DNA of 64,000 nucleotides from Malacoraja senta (Eukaryota): positions 3,908,001 to 3,972,000 of the forward strand of contig CM075995.1 in NCBI GenBank assembly GCA_038087875.1. The letters run 5' to 3'. The stretch's first letter is position 1; each line of letters starts with the position of its first letter. Below are positions 35,231 to 47,872 of this stretch, one piece after another. Below the pieces are notes generated by a model. It saw only the letters and a list, made by a program, of their open reading frames with translations, searched no databases and had not been told where the DNA came from. Made by a program: the position numbers and the translations under genes.

Positions 35231-35996
35231 GATTATGGTTATGATTATGATTATGAGATGTAAACCCCTCCATTTCTTTCATAAGCGATTCAATGTCCCC
35301 AGTGAGGGGCAAATCTTTGGATTTCTAGAGAAGGAGGCGTAAAACAGGTCTGTCCTTCTGCTGTGAATATAGACACAAAAAGCTGGAGTAACTCAGCGGG
35401 ACAGGCAGCATCTCTGGTGAGAAGGAATGGGTGACGTTTCGGGTCTGGACCCTTCTTCAGACGTTCTTGTGCTGCACTATTTTATGTTCTATTAATTGAA
35501 TAAATGGGGTGTGGCTGGTTTGAAGCATGATTGATGTGTGGTGCAAGGTGCAAGGTGGATTCAATGAGCCACAGTGGGAAGTCTGTCCTGAACTTGTGTA
35601 TCATAGAGGGACTGAACGAATCCACATATCATCCAAACTTTAACTTCCACCTTTTCTGCCATGACTTGCCCCAGCCACACGAAGGAAACATTTCAAACTC
35701 ACGATCATCCATTTCATGGGCAGATTCCCAGGCTCACATCTATTTCTCATCCTGGCCGCACCCATTCCTATCTGACTAACTTTTTTCCAGCCCCACAACC
35801 CTGGACAACTTCATACACTTTAATTGTTGATCCTCCTGCACATTTCCCACACTTCTCACACCATTAATGGCAACTGTGCTTTTGGCTTTGAAAATTCCTT
35901 TCCTGAACTGTTATACCTTTCCCCATAAGATGTCTTAGCAATGCCTCTAAGTGCAAACTATTAGTCAAATGTCCCAGAGTTTCTTCTTGGATGCTG

Positions 35997-36268
35997 TAGT
36001 TTAGTTTAATTTAGAGATACAGCGTGGAAAAAGGCCCTTCAGCCCACCGGGTTCACGCCGACCGGCATATTAACACTATCCTACACAATTTACCTACAAA
36101 CCTGTACGCCTTTGGAGTGTGGGAGGAAACCGAAGATCTCGGAGAAACCTTGCACGGTCACAGGGAGAGCGTACAAGCTCCATACAGACAGCACCCGTGG
36201 TTGAGATCGAACCCGGGTCTCTGGCGCTGTAAGCGCTGTAAGGCAGCTACTCTACTGCTGCACCCATC
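35997..36268 (-). mobile_element. tRNA-derived V-SINE
   Basis: Family motifs on the minus strand. Confidence 0.85.
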
Positions 36269-36964
36269 GTAAATTTCATGTTAAAAAAGCCTTTGAGAAG
36301 CATGTATTCCTTACCGTTTCCCCATGTTAAAGCAGTAATGGGCACTCAAGTATTTGTAAACTTCCAAATATTACTTAAAGTCACCCCCCCCCCTCCACTT
36401 CCCCCAACCCCTCTGTTTTTATTTGTGTTTACATGGAATTCAAATGAATAATATCCAGTGGGACTGATGGCACAAAAGTACATCGTGTCTCCCATGCTTT
36501 TCTCTTTATTCAGATTTATATTTATAAATAGATATCTCGTTTATTGAAATACGAAAAGGTCATAAGGAATAGGAGTAGAATTAGGCCATTCGGCCCATCA
36601 AGTCTACTCCGCCATTCAATCACGGCTGATTTATCTCTCCCACCTAACCCCATTCTCCTGCCTTCTACCGGTAACCTCTGACACCCGTACTAATCAAGAA
36701 TCTAATGATGGGGGAGTCCAGAACCAGGGGCCATAGCCTCAATACAACAGTTTATCCAAAGAACAGCACCTTCAGCAATGAAGCATCCTCTTTGCAAGGC
36801 AGTGGGAGCTTCAATCTGGATCATCTGCTCAGTAGAAGGATGTAAGCCAACTCTATGTGTCTGAAGGAACTGCAGATGCAGTTTTAAACTGAAGATAGAC
36901 ACAAAATGCTGGAGTAACTCAGTGGGACAGGCAGCATCTCTGGAGAGAAGGAACGGGTGACGTT

Positions 36965-37366
36965 TCATAGAAACATGGAAAATAGGTATAGAAGTAGGCC
37001 ATTTGGCCCTTCGAGTCAGCACCGCCATTCAATATGATCATAGGTGATAATCCAAACTCCGTTCCTGCTTTTTCCCCACATCCCTTGATTCCGTTAGCCC
37101 TAAGAGCTAAATCTAACTCTCTCTTGAAAACACCCAGTGAATTGGCCTCCACTGCCTTCTGTGGCAGAGAATTCCACAGATTCACAACTCTCTGGGTGAA
37201 AATGGTTTTCCTCATCTCAGTTCTAAATGGCTAATCCCTTAAACTGTGACCCCTGGTTCTGGACTTCCCCCAACATTGAGAATATTTTTTCCTGCATCTA
37301 GCCTGTCCATTCCCTTAAGAATTTTATGTTTCTAAGATTCCCTCTCATCCTTCTAAATTCCAGTGA
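36965..37366 (-). mobile_element. CR1 3' fragment inserted in a Penelope-derived repeat
   Basis: FTQRVVNLWNSLPQKAVEANSL; host sequence GGTGACGTTTC..ACCCTTCTTCAGAC is split around it. Confidence 0.85.
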
Positions 37367-37945
37367 ACCCTTCTTCAGACGGGTCTCGACCCTAAATGTC
37401 ACCTATTCCTTTTCTCCAGAGATGCTGCCTTGTCCCGCTGAATTACTCCAGCATTTTGTGTCCATATTCGGTGTAAACCAGCATCTGCAGCCAGGTCCTT
37501 CCCACACATTCAGCCTTCCATGACAGAAAAAAACAGGATGAAGTGAAGATGTGATTTTACGCAACATTTCTTTACCGCTGAATGCTATTCCTTCCTCCCC
37601 TTAATGGTTATTAGGCCTGCAAAGTGTTATACATTTGTCAGAAACTCATGAAATGTCACTGATGTAAAATAATATATTTTGCAAAGCAATCCTCTCCCCC
37701 TCCTGCCCTGCATTTCCTTTATGCACTGTTCTTAGCTGCACCGTAGCTAGAATAAACAATGAGAACGCCTGGGCCAGCAAGGCTCTGTGCAAATATTGGG
37801 AACGATACTGTGGAAGGGAGCTAAGCTGGTTTGGGGGCTGATTAGCTGTTGCCCTGCTTGTCCTATCTCGCTTTAAAGAGCTGGGGGAGGGGGTGGAAAG
37901 ATGGGGGATGGAAGGTTAGGTCCGCGCGTCCTCAGGTTGGTACAT

Positions 37946-37963
37946 TGCTGCCATCTAGTGTCC
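37946..37963 (-). promoter_or_regulatory. Candidate CTCF-binding motif
   Basis: GGACACTAGATGGCAGCA on the minus strand, one mismatch to CCASYAGRKGGC, in non-repeat sequence. Confidence 0.4.
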
Positions 37964-38229
37964 AAGAGATCCTGAAATTGCAGGCATCCAACCAGTTTAG
38001 CGAGGGAGCGTAGGAAGGCACTGCAGGTACTGCTTTAAACTGAAGACGGACACACAATCTCTGGAGCAACTCAGCGGGACAGACAGCATCCCTGGAGAAA
38101 AGGAACAGGTGGCGTTTTGGGTCAAGACCCTTCTCCAGACTGCTGACAAGGGAGAGATCATCACATTCACTTCAAGAAAACATGGTCAAACTTGGTCAAA
38201 CCCAGTCCACACAGCACTCATTTCCCACT

Positions 38230-41010
38230 GGATAGGGGTGATCTTATAGAGGTGTACAAAATCATGAGAGGAATAGATCGGGTAGATGCACAGAGTCTCT
38301 TGCCCAGAGTAAGGGAATCGAGAACCAGAGGACGTAGGTTTAAGGTGAAGGGAGAAAGATTTTATAGGAATCTGGGAAGTAACATTTTCACACAGATGGC
38401 GGGTGTATGGAGTGAGTGTATGGAGATATGTAAGGATAGTCCATGGCAGAGGAGGTAAAGACAGGGACTATCGCAACGTTTAAGAAGCAATTAAGCAGGT
38501 ACATGGATCGGACAGGTTTAGAGGGATATGTGCCAAATGCAGGCAGGTGGGACTAGTGTAGATGGAACATGTTGGTCGGAGTGGGCAAGTTGGGCTGAAG
38601 GGCCTGTTTCCACTATGGCACTATAAGTCTCCTTCTTAACCAACCCATGCTATTTTGTGAGACTGATGCTCAGGTCAGCAAACCTTGTGTAGACTAGAGA
38701 CTGACCACTGGACCACAGGGTCTTCAGAGCTCCAAACCACTGAAGTTATAAGTTCAGAAGGACATAAATGATACGAATAGAATTAGGCCATTTGGCCCAT
38801 CAAGTTTACTCAGTCATGCAATCATGGCTAATGTATCTCTCCCTCCTAACCCCATTCACCTGCCTTCTCCCCATAACCCCTGACACCCGTACTGATCAAG
38901 AATCTATCTATCTCTGCCTTAAAAATATCCATTGACTTGGCCTCTACAGTGGCAAAGAATTCCAGATTCACCACCCTCTAACTAAATAAATTTCTCCTCA
39001 TCTCCTTCCTAAAATAACGTCCTTTAATTCTGAGGCTATGGTCTCTAGTCCTAGACCCTCCCACTAGTGGAAACATCCTCCCCACATCCACTCTATCCAA
39101 GCCTTTCACTATCCTGCATGTTTCAATGAGGTCCCCCCATCATTCCTCTAAACTCATTCTTGTGTCTAAGTTGCAGGTTCGTCCATACCAAAACCTTGAG
39201 TGCAGCATCAAAGGTGTTACTCTAGTGTGTCACTGGGGCAGTCAATAGACAATAGACAATAGGTGCAGGAGTAGGCCATTCGGCCTTTCGAGCCAGCACC
39301 GCCATTCACTGTGATCATGGCTGATCATGGACGAGGAAACACTTTTTCTCACAGAGAGTGGTGAGTCTGTGGAATTCTCTGCGTCAGAGGGCGGTGGAGA
39401 CAGGATCTTTGGATGCTTTCAAGCGAGAGTAGATAGGGCTCTTAAAAATAGCGGAGTCAGTGGGATATGGGGAGAAGGCAGGAACGGGGATTGGGGATGA
39501 TTGGGGATGATCAGCCAGGATTGGGGATGATCAGCCATGATCACATTGAATGGCGGTGCTGGCTTGAAGGGCCGAGTGGCGTACTCCTGCACCTATTGTC
39601 TATTGTCTATTGTCATCCACAATCAGTACCCCGTTCCTGCCTTCTCCCCATATCCCCTGACTCCGCTATCTTTAAGAGCTCTATCTAAATCTCTCTTGAA
39701 AGCATCCAGAGAATTGGTCTCCACTGCCTTCTGAGACAGAGAATTCCACAGATTCACAACCCTCTGTGTGAAAAAGTTTTTCCTCATCTTCGTTCTAAAT
39801 GGCTTACCCCTTATTCTCAAACTGTGGCCCCTGGTTCTGGACTCCCCCAACATCGGGAACATGTTTCCTGCCTCTAGTGTGTCCAAACCCTTAATAATAT
39901 TATGTTTCAATAAGATATCCTCTCATCCTTCTAAATTCCAGAGTATACAAGCCCAGCCACTCCATTCTGTCAACATATGACAGTCCCGCCATCCCGGGAA
40001 TTAACCTCGTGAACGTATACTGTGCTGACAAAAGAGGCATCTGAACAGCAAAATGTGAAACCAGTCTGCCCCATCAGGTGAATATTAAAGATCCCTTGTT
40101 AATACGTTGATAAATACTGAAAACTGAAGGCATTTTACCCCGAGTAGGGGAATCAAGAACCAGAGGATATAGTTTTACGGTGAGGGGTGAAAGATTCAAT
40201 AGGAATCTGTGGGTAGTGTTTTCACTCAGAGAATGGTGGGTGTGTGGAAAGAGCTGCCAGAGGAGGTAGTTCAGGCAAAAACATTTAAAAGGCATTCAGA
40301 CAGGTTCAGAGGAATATGGGTCAGTCACGGGCAGATGGGACTAGTGTAAATGTGGTAGTTTGGTCATCATAGACGAATTGGGCCGAAGGACCTGTTTCTG
40401 TGCTGAATGTCTCTGACTTGAGCTATTGAATATCCATTGCTTAATGAACATAGAAACATAGAAAATAGGTGATCATCCAAAATCAGTACCCTGTTCCTGT
40501 TTTTTCCCCATATCCATTGATTCCGTTAGCCCTAAGAGCTAAATCTAACTCTCTCTTGAAAACATCCAGTGAATTGGCCTCCATGACCTTCTGTGGCAGA
40601 GAATTCCACAGATTCACAACTCTCTGGGTGAAAATGTTTTTCCTCATCTCAGTCCTAAATGGCCTACCCCTTATTCTTAAACTGTGACCCCTGGTTCTGG
40701 ACTCCCTCAACATCGGGAACATTTTTCCTGCATCTAGCCAGTCCAATCCCTTAAGAATTTTATATGTTTCTATAAGATCCCCTCTCATTCCTACTAAATT
40801 CCAGTTAATACAAGCCCAGTCGACCCATTCTTTCATCATATGTCAGTCCCGCCATCCTGGGAATTAATCTGGTGAATTTACACTGCACCCCTCAATAGCA
40901 AGAATGTCCTTCCTCAAATTTGGAGACCAAAACTGCACACAATACTCCAGGTGTGGTCTCACCAGTGCCCTGTACAAGTGCAGTAGGACCTCCTTGCTCC
41001 TATACTCAAT
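38230..41010. mobile_element. Cluster of CR1 3' fragments (38230-38615 +, 38762-39155 -, 39243-40015 - with nested + copy 39330-39610, 40125-40415 +, 40449-41010 -)
   Basis: Repeated ESRTRGHSL / FTQRVVNLWNSL motifs and CR1 tails. Confidence 0.88.
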
Positions 41011-43285
41011 TCCCTGAACATCACTGAAAGATACCAGCATCTGCAGTTCCTTGTGACTTCACTGAAATACATGCTCAGTTATCTCATGGCTCTACATGCC
41101 ACCTTGCAGTGCATCCTAATGATAACAAGTGCCACGCGTACTGATTTACGCAATATCCTCAGAGCGTAAAAGGCTAAATGCAAGTTCTTTCTTCAGAGCT
41201 GCCGAAGTCCATTTTTATTATCTTTTTATTTTTCTAAACTGGATTAGCCTAATGAGACGGTTGGCACCTCAGGTTAGGAATGAACTGCAGATGCTGGTTT
41301 AAACCGAAGATAGATGCAAAAAGCTGGAGTAACTCAGCGGGACAGGCAGCATCTCTGGAGAGAAGGAATGGGAGACCCAGACTGAAGAAGGGTCTCGACC
41401 TGACACGTCACCTATTCCCTCGCTCCATAGATGCTGCCTCACCCGCTGAGTTTCTCCAGCATTTTTGTCTACCTTCGATTTTTCCAGCATCTGCAGTTCT
41501 TTCTTAAATGTTAAAGCAGAAGGTCACTTCCATCACTGGCAGATGCTCCCTGCAATCCCCCTCACAGGCCCGATCTCTCGCTCATTTCTATCCCTTCATA
41601 CTTCAAAGACAAAAATGCATCTTGTTGCCATTAATTTATAAACGGATTTAGGAGCAGCTGCGGGCAAATTAATTCCTCAAGCCTATTCAGACATTCAATT
41701 AGATTATGTTTAAGAAGGAACTGCAGATGCTGGAAAAATCAAAGGTAGACAAAGATGCTGGAGAAACTAGATTATGATTGTCTCCAACCACCTCCATACC
41801 TGATATCAAGCAACTGGATCATCCTAGCACAACCAGAGAGCAGCCCTCAACAACTATCTACCTCATTGGTGACCCCCAGACTATCCTTGATTAGACTTTG
41901 CTGGCTTTATCTTGCACTAAACGTTATTCCCTTATCACGTATCTATACACTGTAAATGGCTCGATTGTAATCATGTATTGTCTTTCTGCTGACTGGATAG
42001 CACACAACAGAAAGCTTTTCACTGTACCTCGGTACACGTGACATTAAACATGTCTCGGTGTCTCCCTCTCCCCTGACTCTCAGTCTGAAGAAAGGTCTCG
42101 ACCCAAAACGTCACCCCCCTTTCGTTCTATCCAGCCTGATCCGCTGAGTTACTCCAGCATTTTGTGTCTACCATAGGTGTTCAACCCATCTCCATTACTG
42201 TATGTTCACATCTCCATTACACATTACTGAACAAACCTCCGCCTACCTAGGAGATTGATGGATCTTGATGGGTCCCTTTTAACGTGGAACAAAGGGAGGT
42301 TGGTTACTTGTCTGCACAAGCGGATTTGTATTACAGACATAATAACCAGGACTCAACTGCATGCAATGTTTATTTTATGCGGCTGTTTGCTCTTGCTGAT
42401 ATACTGGGGAACAGGACCGGTGATAAAAAATCAGGGTGAATAATATCAACCTTTTAATTTTTTAAGAAAATATCTTAGTCTCCAGTAAGTTTGGTGTTGT
42501 CAAAAATCTGACCATATTTATTCTCACCCTTGAACTTAAATAGCAAATCAATTTAGTGTCTCCGTAAAAATCTGCAGCATATAAAGGATAGAAACTCATT
42601 CTCAATCACTAGCACGAGTTTAGTTTAGGTTTAGAGAAACAGCGTGGAAATAGGCCCTTCAGCCCACCGAGTCCATGCCGACCAACGATCACCCATACTC
42701 TAGTTCTAGACTGGAGACAATTTTATACAAGCCGACAAACCCACATGCCTTTGGAATGTGGGAGGAAACCGTAGTCTGGATTGAACCTGGGACACTGGCG
42801 CTGTCAGGCAACAACTTTATACCTAACCCTAACAGAGGCAATGAAGTAACATATGCAGAAAGCCACTATTCCTCTAAAATTGGCTTTCAACTGTATAATG
42901 TACTCTTGTGTTACAAACTGCTTTTGAAAATCACAAAGTTCACCATACGTTACTGTCTGGGGCATTAGAGGCTGAGGGAGGACCTGCTTGAAGTGTATAA
43001 AATAATATAAAAAGTACATGGGAGTCAGTGATAGGGCGGGGTCAAGGAAAGAGCGTTCACGTCGCGGCCCTGTTTCCACCAATCTTTCCACCATCACGCA
43101 CAAGAACCACAAGAAGCACAATACAGACACCATTGTATGCAGATGCCGAGAAGTGTGTTCTGCTCTGGCTGAACAACTTCTAATCTTGTGTGTGGACTCG
43201 ATAAGAAGAAGTGATAGGGTAGACAGTCAGAACATTTTTCCCAAGATGGAAATGTCAGAGTAGAGGGCATAGCTTTACGGTGAGA

Positions 43286-43598
43286 GTTTAGTTTAGTTTA
43301 GTTTAGAGATTAGGTTAGAGAAACAGGCCCTTCAACCCACCGAATCCATTCCGACCAGCGATCTCCACACACTAACACAATCCTACACACACTAGGAAAA
43401 ATTTTCAAATTATACCAAGTCAATTGGCCTACAGACTTGAACGTCTTTGGAGTGTGGGAGGAAACCTGAACTCCCAGAGATAACCCACGCAGGTCACGGG
43501 GAGAACATGCAAACTCCATACAGACAGCACCCGTGGTCAGGATTGAACCCAATTCTCTGGCGCTGTGAGGCAGCAACTCTACTGCTGCGCCACCGTGC
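43286..43598 (-). mobile_element. tRNA-derived V-SINE
   Basis: Family motifs. Confidence 0.88.
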
Positions 43599-43639
43599 CA
43601 TTGTTGTCAACATCGGGAGTTTCTGCACTTGTCTCCCAC

Positions 43640-43958
43640 GACAACACGGTGGCACAGCGGTAGAGTTGCTGCCTTACAGTGCTTGCAGCACCGGAGACAC
43701 AGGTTCAATCCTGTCTACGGGTGCTGACCATATGGAATTTGTATGTTCTCCCTGTGACTGCGCGGGTTTCCCCCTGGGTGCTCCGGTGTCCTCCCACACT
43801 CCTAAGACGTACAGGTTTGCAGATTAATTGGCTTGATATAATTATAAACTGTCCCTAGTGTGTGTAAGGACAGTGTTAGTGTGCGGGGATCGCTGGTTGG
43901 CGAGGACTCGATGGGCCGAAGGGCCTGTTTCCGCGCTGTATCTCTAAACTAAACTAAA
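43640..43958 (+). mobile_element. tRNA-derived V-SINE with 14-bp TSD
   Basis: TSD CACTTGTCTCCCAC at 43626-43639 and 43959-43972. Confidence 0.9.
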
Positions 43959-44730
43959 CACTTGTCTCCCACCTCAGTGTCGTTCGTTGAGCAGTGTAAA
44001 TGCTGAAAGTCCTACCTCAGCGCACAGGCCATCAACTCTACAGCTGAGATGTTGTCAGCCAAGATTATATGACCAGGTCTGTGGATTGGAGTTTGAACTT
44101 CTGGCTGAGCTGTGAAGATGCCACAGTTGAACTGCAGACCGAGGTTCAGATAGCTTGCACAGATCAGGGGTTATGTGGTGCAGAGTCAGTGTGGAATCCC
44201 TAATGCACTTGCATTAATTTGCTGTGACACTATCTTACCCAGTTAAAATAAATAGGTTGAGACTGCCATTAAATTAAAGTTGCTGGAGATCCACGTGATA
44301 CGTCCACACATTACAGCGCCCCACATGCGTCCAAGGCCAGTGAGATTAATGGCTACTTGGAAAGGATTACAAGTGAATAATTGAATCAGTGCTCTGATGT
44401 CTTATACGTGAAATAGTAAATGTCTCAGCAGTAATCTGGTTAGTTCACATGGTTTTATGGACACTAAGAAGTCATTAGACTACTACTTTAAATTCAGGTT
44501 ACTCTGTTGTGGGGTTTTGAGGTTTGATGTAGTTTTGTGGTACACTTTAGGAAACCACTAACAGTCGGTTTGGTGGATGACAATTCCTTTAATGAGGAGT
44601 GAACTGTTGCACTATCGTTTCTACCAGTGCATTAAAAAAAACAGATATAATCTACCATTAGGATAGTGTGGCTTTAGTTTATTCCTGCACATGTACTGTT
44701 TTATAATTCGCTGTGTTGTTACTGTAAAAA

Positions 44731-44930
44731 NNNNNNNNNNNNNNNNNNNNNNNNNNNNNNNNNNNNNNNNNNNNNNNNNNNNNNNNNNNNNNNNNNNNNN
44801 NNNNNNNNNNNNNNNNNNNNNNNNNNNNNNNNNNNNNNNNNNNNNNNNNNNNNNNNNNNNNNNNNNNNNNNNNNNNNNNNNNNNNNNNNNNNNNNNNNNN
44901 NNNNNNNNNNNNNNNNNNNNNNNNNNNNNN
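44731..44930. other. Assembly gap (200 N)
   Basis: N run. Confidence 1.
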
Positions 44931-45435
44931 AGGGCCTGTCCCGCCAGCATGCGATTGCATGCGTCTAGCACGACCAAACGGAAGCGGAGTTCGCGCTAAA
45001 TCCGCGGTAAGTATGCGCAAAGTTCGCGCGTGACGTAATTTACGTCATACTCACCAATCAGCTGGGCAGGAGGCGGGCCGACTGAATTGGGACATCGCAC
45101 GGCGTCGGGCGGTGACGTCATCACGCACCGGCACGCCGGGCGGTGACGTTATCGCGCAATGCCATGTGCTAGGCGTACGCCGTCAAGACACTGCGTACAA
45201 CGTCGAGACGCAGTGTACGCCCTCAATGCGCCTGCGGGCCGACAGGCTGTTGGCGCGCGGGATTTTCGGACAGTGCAAGATTTTTGGAGCCCCGCGCGAT
45301 GTCGGGACCAGCCCCGTACAAATCCATACGCCTCCGGCGATCGAAGTGGCACCGGCCCCACGCGGCCACATGCCTCAAGCGACCACGTTTGGTCGCGCTA
45401 GACGCATGCAGTCGCATGCTGGTGGGACAGGCCCT
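44931..45435. mobile_element. PIF/Harbinger-type MITE (second subfamily)
   Basis: About 50-bp TIRs AGGGCCTGTCCCGCCAGCATGCG.. / ..CGCATGCTGGTGGGACAGGCCCT|TTA; internal AGCCCCGCGCGATGT shared with the 21230 region. Left flank is an N gap. Confidence 0.8.
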
Positions 45436-45590
45436 TTACTCCAGCATTTTGTGTCCACTTTATGTTCTGCTGTTGGTTGTCGGACAATTGTTGGTCATGA
45501 AAACATCACTAATCTTCCTTGAAATACGCCATACAATATGTTGCACTATCTGAAATGGTGAAAAGTTCTGAACCTGAAACTTTAGGTCTC

Positions 45591-45773
45591 CTTTTCGAAC
45601 CAATGAAACAAAACAAAATATTCAGACGTGAAAATCTGCAATAATAAAAATATGGTGCAGCTGCACCACTGATCAGGCAGATACTGACTGATGGGTGGTG
45701 CAGCTGCACCATGTTCTTATTATTGCAGATTTTCATGTCTGACTATTTTGTTTTGTTTCATTGGTTCGAAAAG
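45591..45773. repeat. Long near-perfect palindrome (about 80-bp arms)
   Basis: CTTTTCGAACCAATGAAACAAAACAAAATA..TGGTGCAGCTGCACCAC vs its reverse complement ending GTTCGAAAAG. Confidence 0.9.
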
Positions 45774-46190
45774 AGGAATTAAGACAACAAGGTAAAATTA
45801 ACAATAGCTGCAATTGGATGAAATGTTATTAACTGCTCAGAAAAAAGGGCAGCATGTAAAACTAACAGTTGCCTCAGACTGTAGGAAGGAACTGCAGATG
45901 CTGGTTTAAACTGAAGATGGACACAAAATGCTGGAGTAACTCAGCGGGTCAGGCAGCATCTCTGTAGAGAAGGAATGTGTGATGTTTTGGGTCAAGACCC
46001 TTCTTCAGACTAGTCAGGGGAAAGGGAAACGAGAGATATAGAGGGTGATGTAGAGAGACATAGAACAAATTAATGAAATATATGGAAAAAAGTAATGATG
46101 ATAAAGGAAACAGGCTATTGTTAGCTGTTTGCTGGGTGAGAATGGGAACCTGGTGCAACTTGGTTTCATAAGACAAGTTAGTTAGTTAAG

Positions 46191-47229
46191 TAGGTATGTT
46201 ACAATACTTGCCTTCAGCGGCGCTGTAATTCTGTCACTGGCCGTGTGCGCGATTTTGGCGCCTTTAAGGGGGGGTGGGGTTAAAGCGCGGGTTTCTCCTC
46301 CCTTGTCCTGAATTATACTTTGTTGGAGTACCAGCTTCTGTGGAAGAAGCGTTCCGAGTGCCGTTTTGCGTAGTTTGTTTTAAAAATCTCCCAACAAGTT
46401 CAGCGTTGGAATCATTTTAAAATCATCTTCTGAAGCGTCAACGCCAACAACGGGGACGGATTTCACTCAAGGGAAAGGTAAACGAAAGTGCTTTATTTTA
46501 ATGTATAAACGTTCTCCTTAAGAGGCCTTTAATTCACATATTTACATGCGACACGGTGATTTTATTCCCCGAATTAACGGCAGTATTTTTCATGCCAATA
46601 CGAGGTTAAATTCACCGCAAATGAACATTCCAAAAGATCGCGTTCCAGAAATCCTCACTCGCAAGATGAATTAAATCCCCATTAATTTACAGGTATTAAA
46701 CATTCAATTCCTTCCATTTGGCCTGTAAATTCATGAAAATTAGATTAAAAAATTATGTTATATTGTGAATTATTGTGTGAATGTTATTTGGACACAGGCT
46801 ATTTAAAAATGTTAATCTATTCTTAAGAAATTGATAGATGTTTAGATCTAGTAATTGAATTTTGTAATTAGCTACAATTAGGTAACTAACTAATTATATG
46901 CTTTACTTTCATGTCTTCGAAGTAAGATTGTTTCATATTTGTTTCAGAATGCTTCAATCTATAATAACTGAAAATTTCTTTCAGTTATCATAATTTTTAA
47001 GAAAGTTATGGGCTTTTAACTGTCCTCGATCACAGCTTTTGTGTTAAGTCAATGGAAAAGCAATAGGGAACAAGATGCTAATTTCTGAGTATGATAATGG
47101 CCATAACTTTTTTAATACTGAAGATATGAAAGTGAATTAAGTGTCAAATTAAACTTCTTTTTATGCTTTATCTGATGGGATAAATTGCAGACTTTATTTT
47201 TAAAATCTCAAAATTTTGTAACATTGCTA
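46191..47229 (+). mobile_element. Non-autonomous TIR DNA transposon, TAG...CTA termini, apparent 7-bp TSD (hATw-like)
   Basis: TAGGTATGTTACAATACTT vs reverse-complemented end TAGCAATGTTACAAAATTT; AGTTAAG on both flanks (low-complexity context); 3' 370 bp homologous to the element at the window start. Confidence 0.7.
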
Positions 47230-47559
47230 AGTTAAGTTTATTATCATGTGTACCGAGGTTCAGTGAAAAGCTTTTGTTGCATGCTATACAGTCAGGAGAA
47301 AGACAATACATGATTACAATTGAGCCACTTACAGTGTCTAGATACAGGATAAGGGAATAACGTTTAATGTAAGGTCAAACCAGCAAAGTCCGATCAAGGA
47401 TAACCCGAGGTAGTTCAACACTCAATTGAAAATGAAACTTTATATCTCCAGCTGTCTTCACTGACAATATTTCTGAAGCCCTGAACACCTTCATTCATCA
47501 ATAGGATACGTTGGGTAAGAACAAAGGTAATTAATTCCATCATAAATTTTTGATTGAAG

Positions 47560-47872
47560 GGCGGCACGGTGGCGCAGCGTTAGCGTTGCTGCCTTACAGC
47601 GAATGCAGCGCCAGAGACCCGGGTTCGATCCTGACTACGGGTGCTGTCTCTACGGAGTTGGTACGTTCTCCCTGTGACCTGCGTAGGTTTTCTCCGAGAA
47701 TTTCGGTTTCCTCCCACACTCCAAAGACGTACAGGTTTATAGGTGAATCGGCTTGGTAAATGGAAAATGGTCCCTGGTTGGTATAGGATAGTGTTAATAT
47801 GCGGCGATCGCTGGTTGGCGCGGACCCAGTGGGCCAAACGGGCCAGTTTCTGCACTGTATCTCTAAACTAAA
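47560..47872 (+). mobile_element. tRNA-derived V-SINE
   Basis: Family motifs. Confidence 0.9.
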
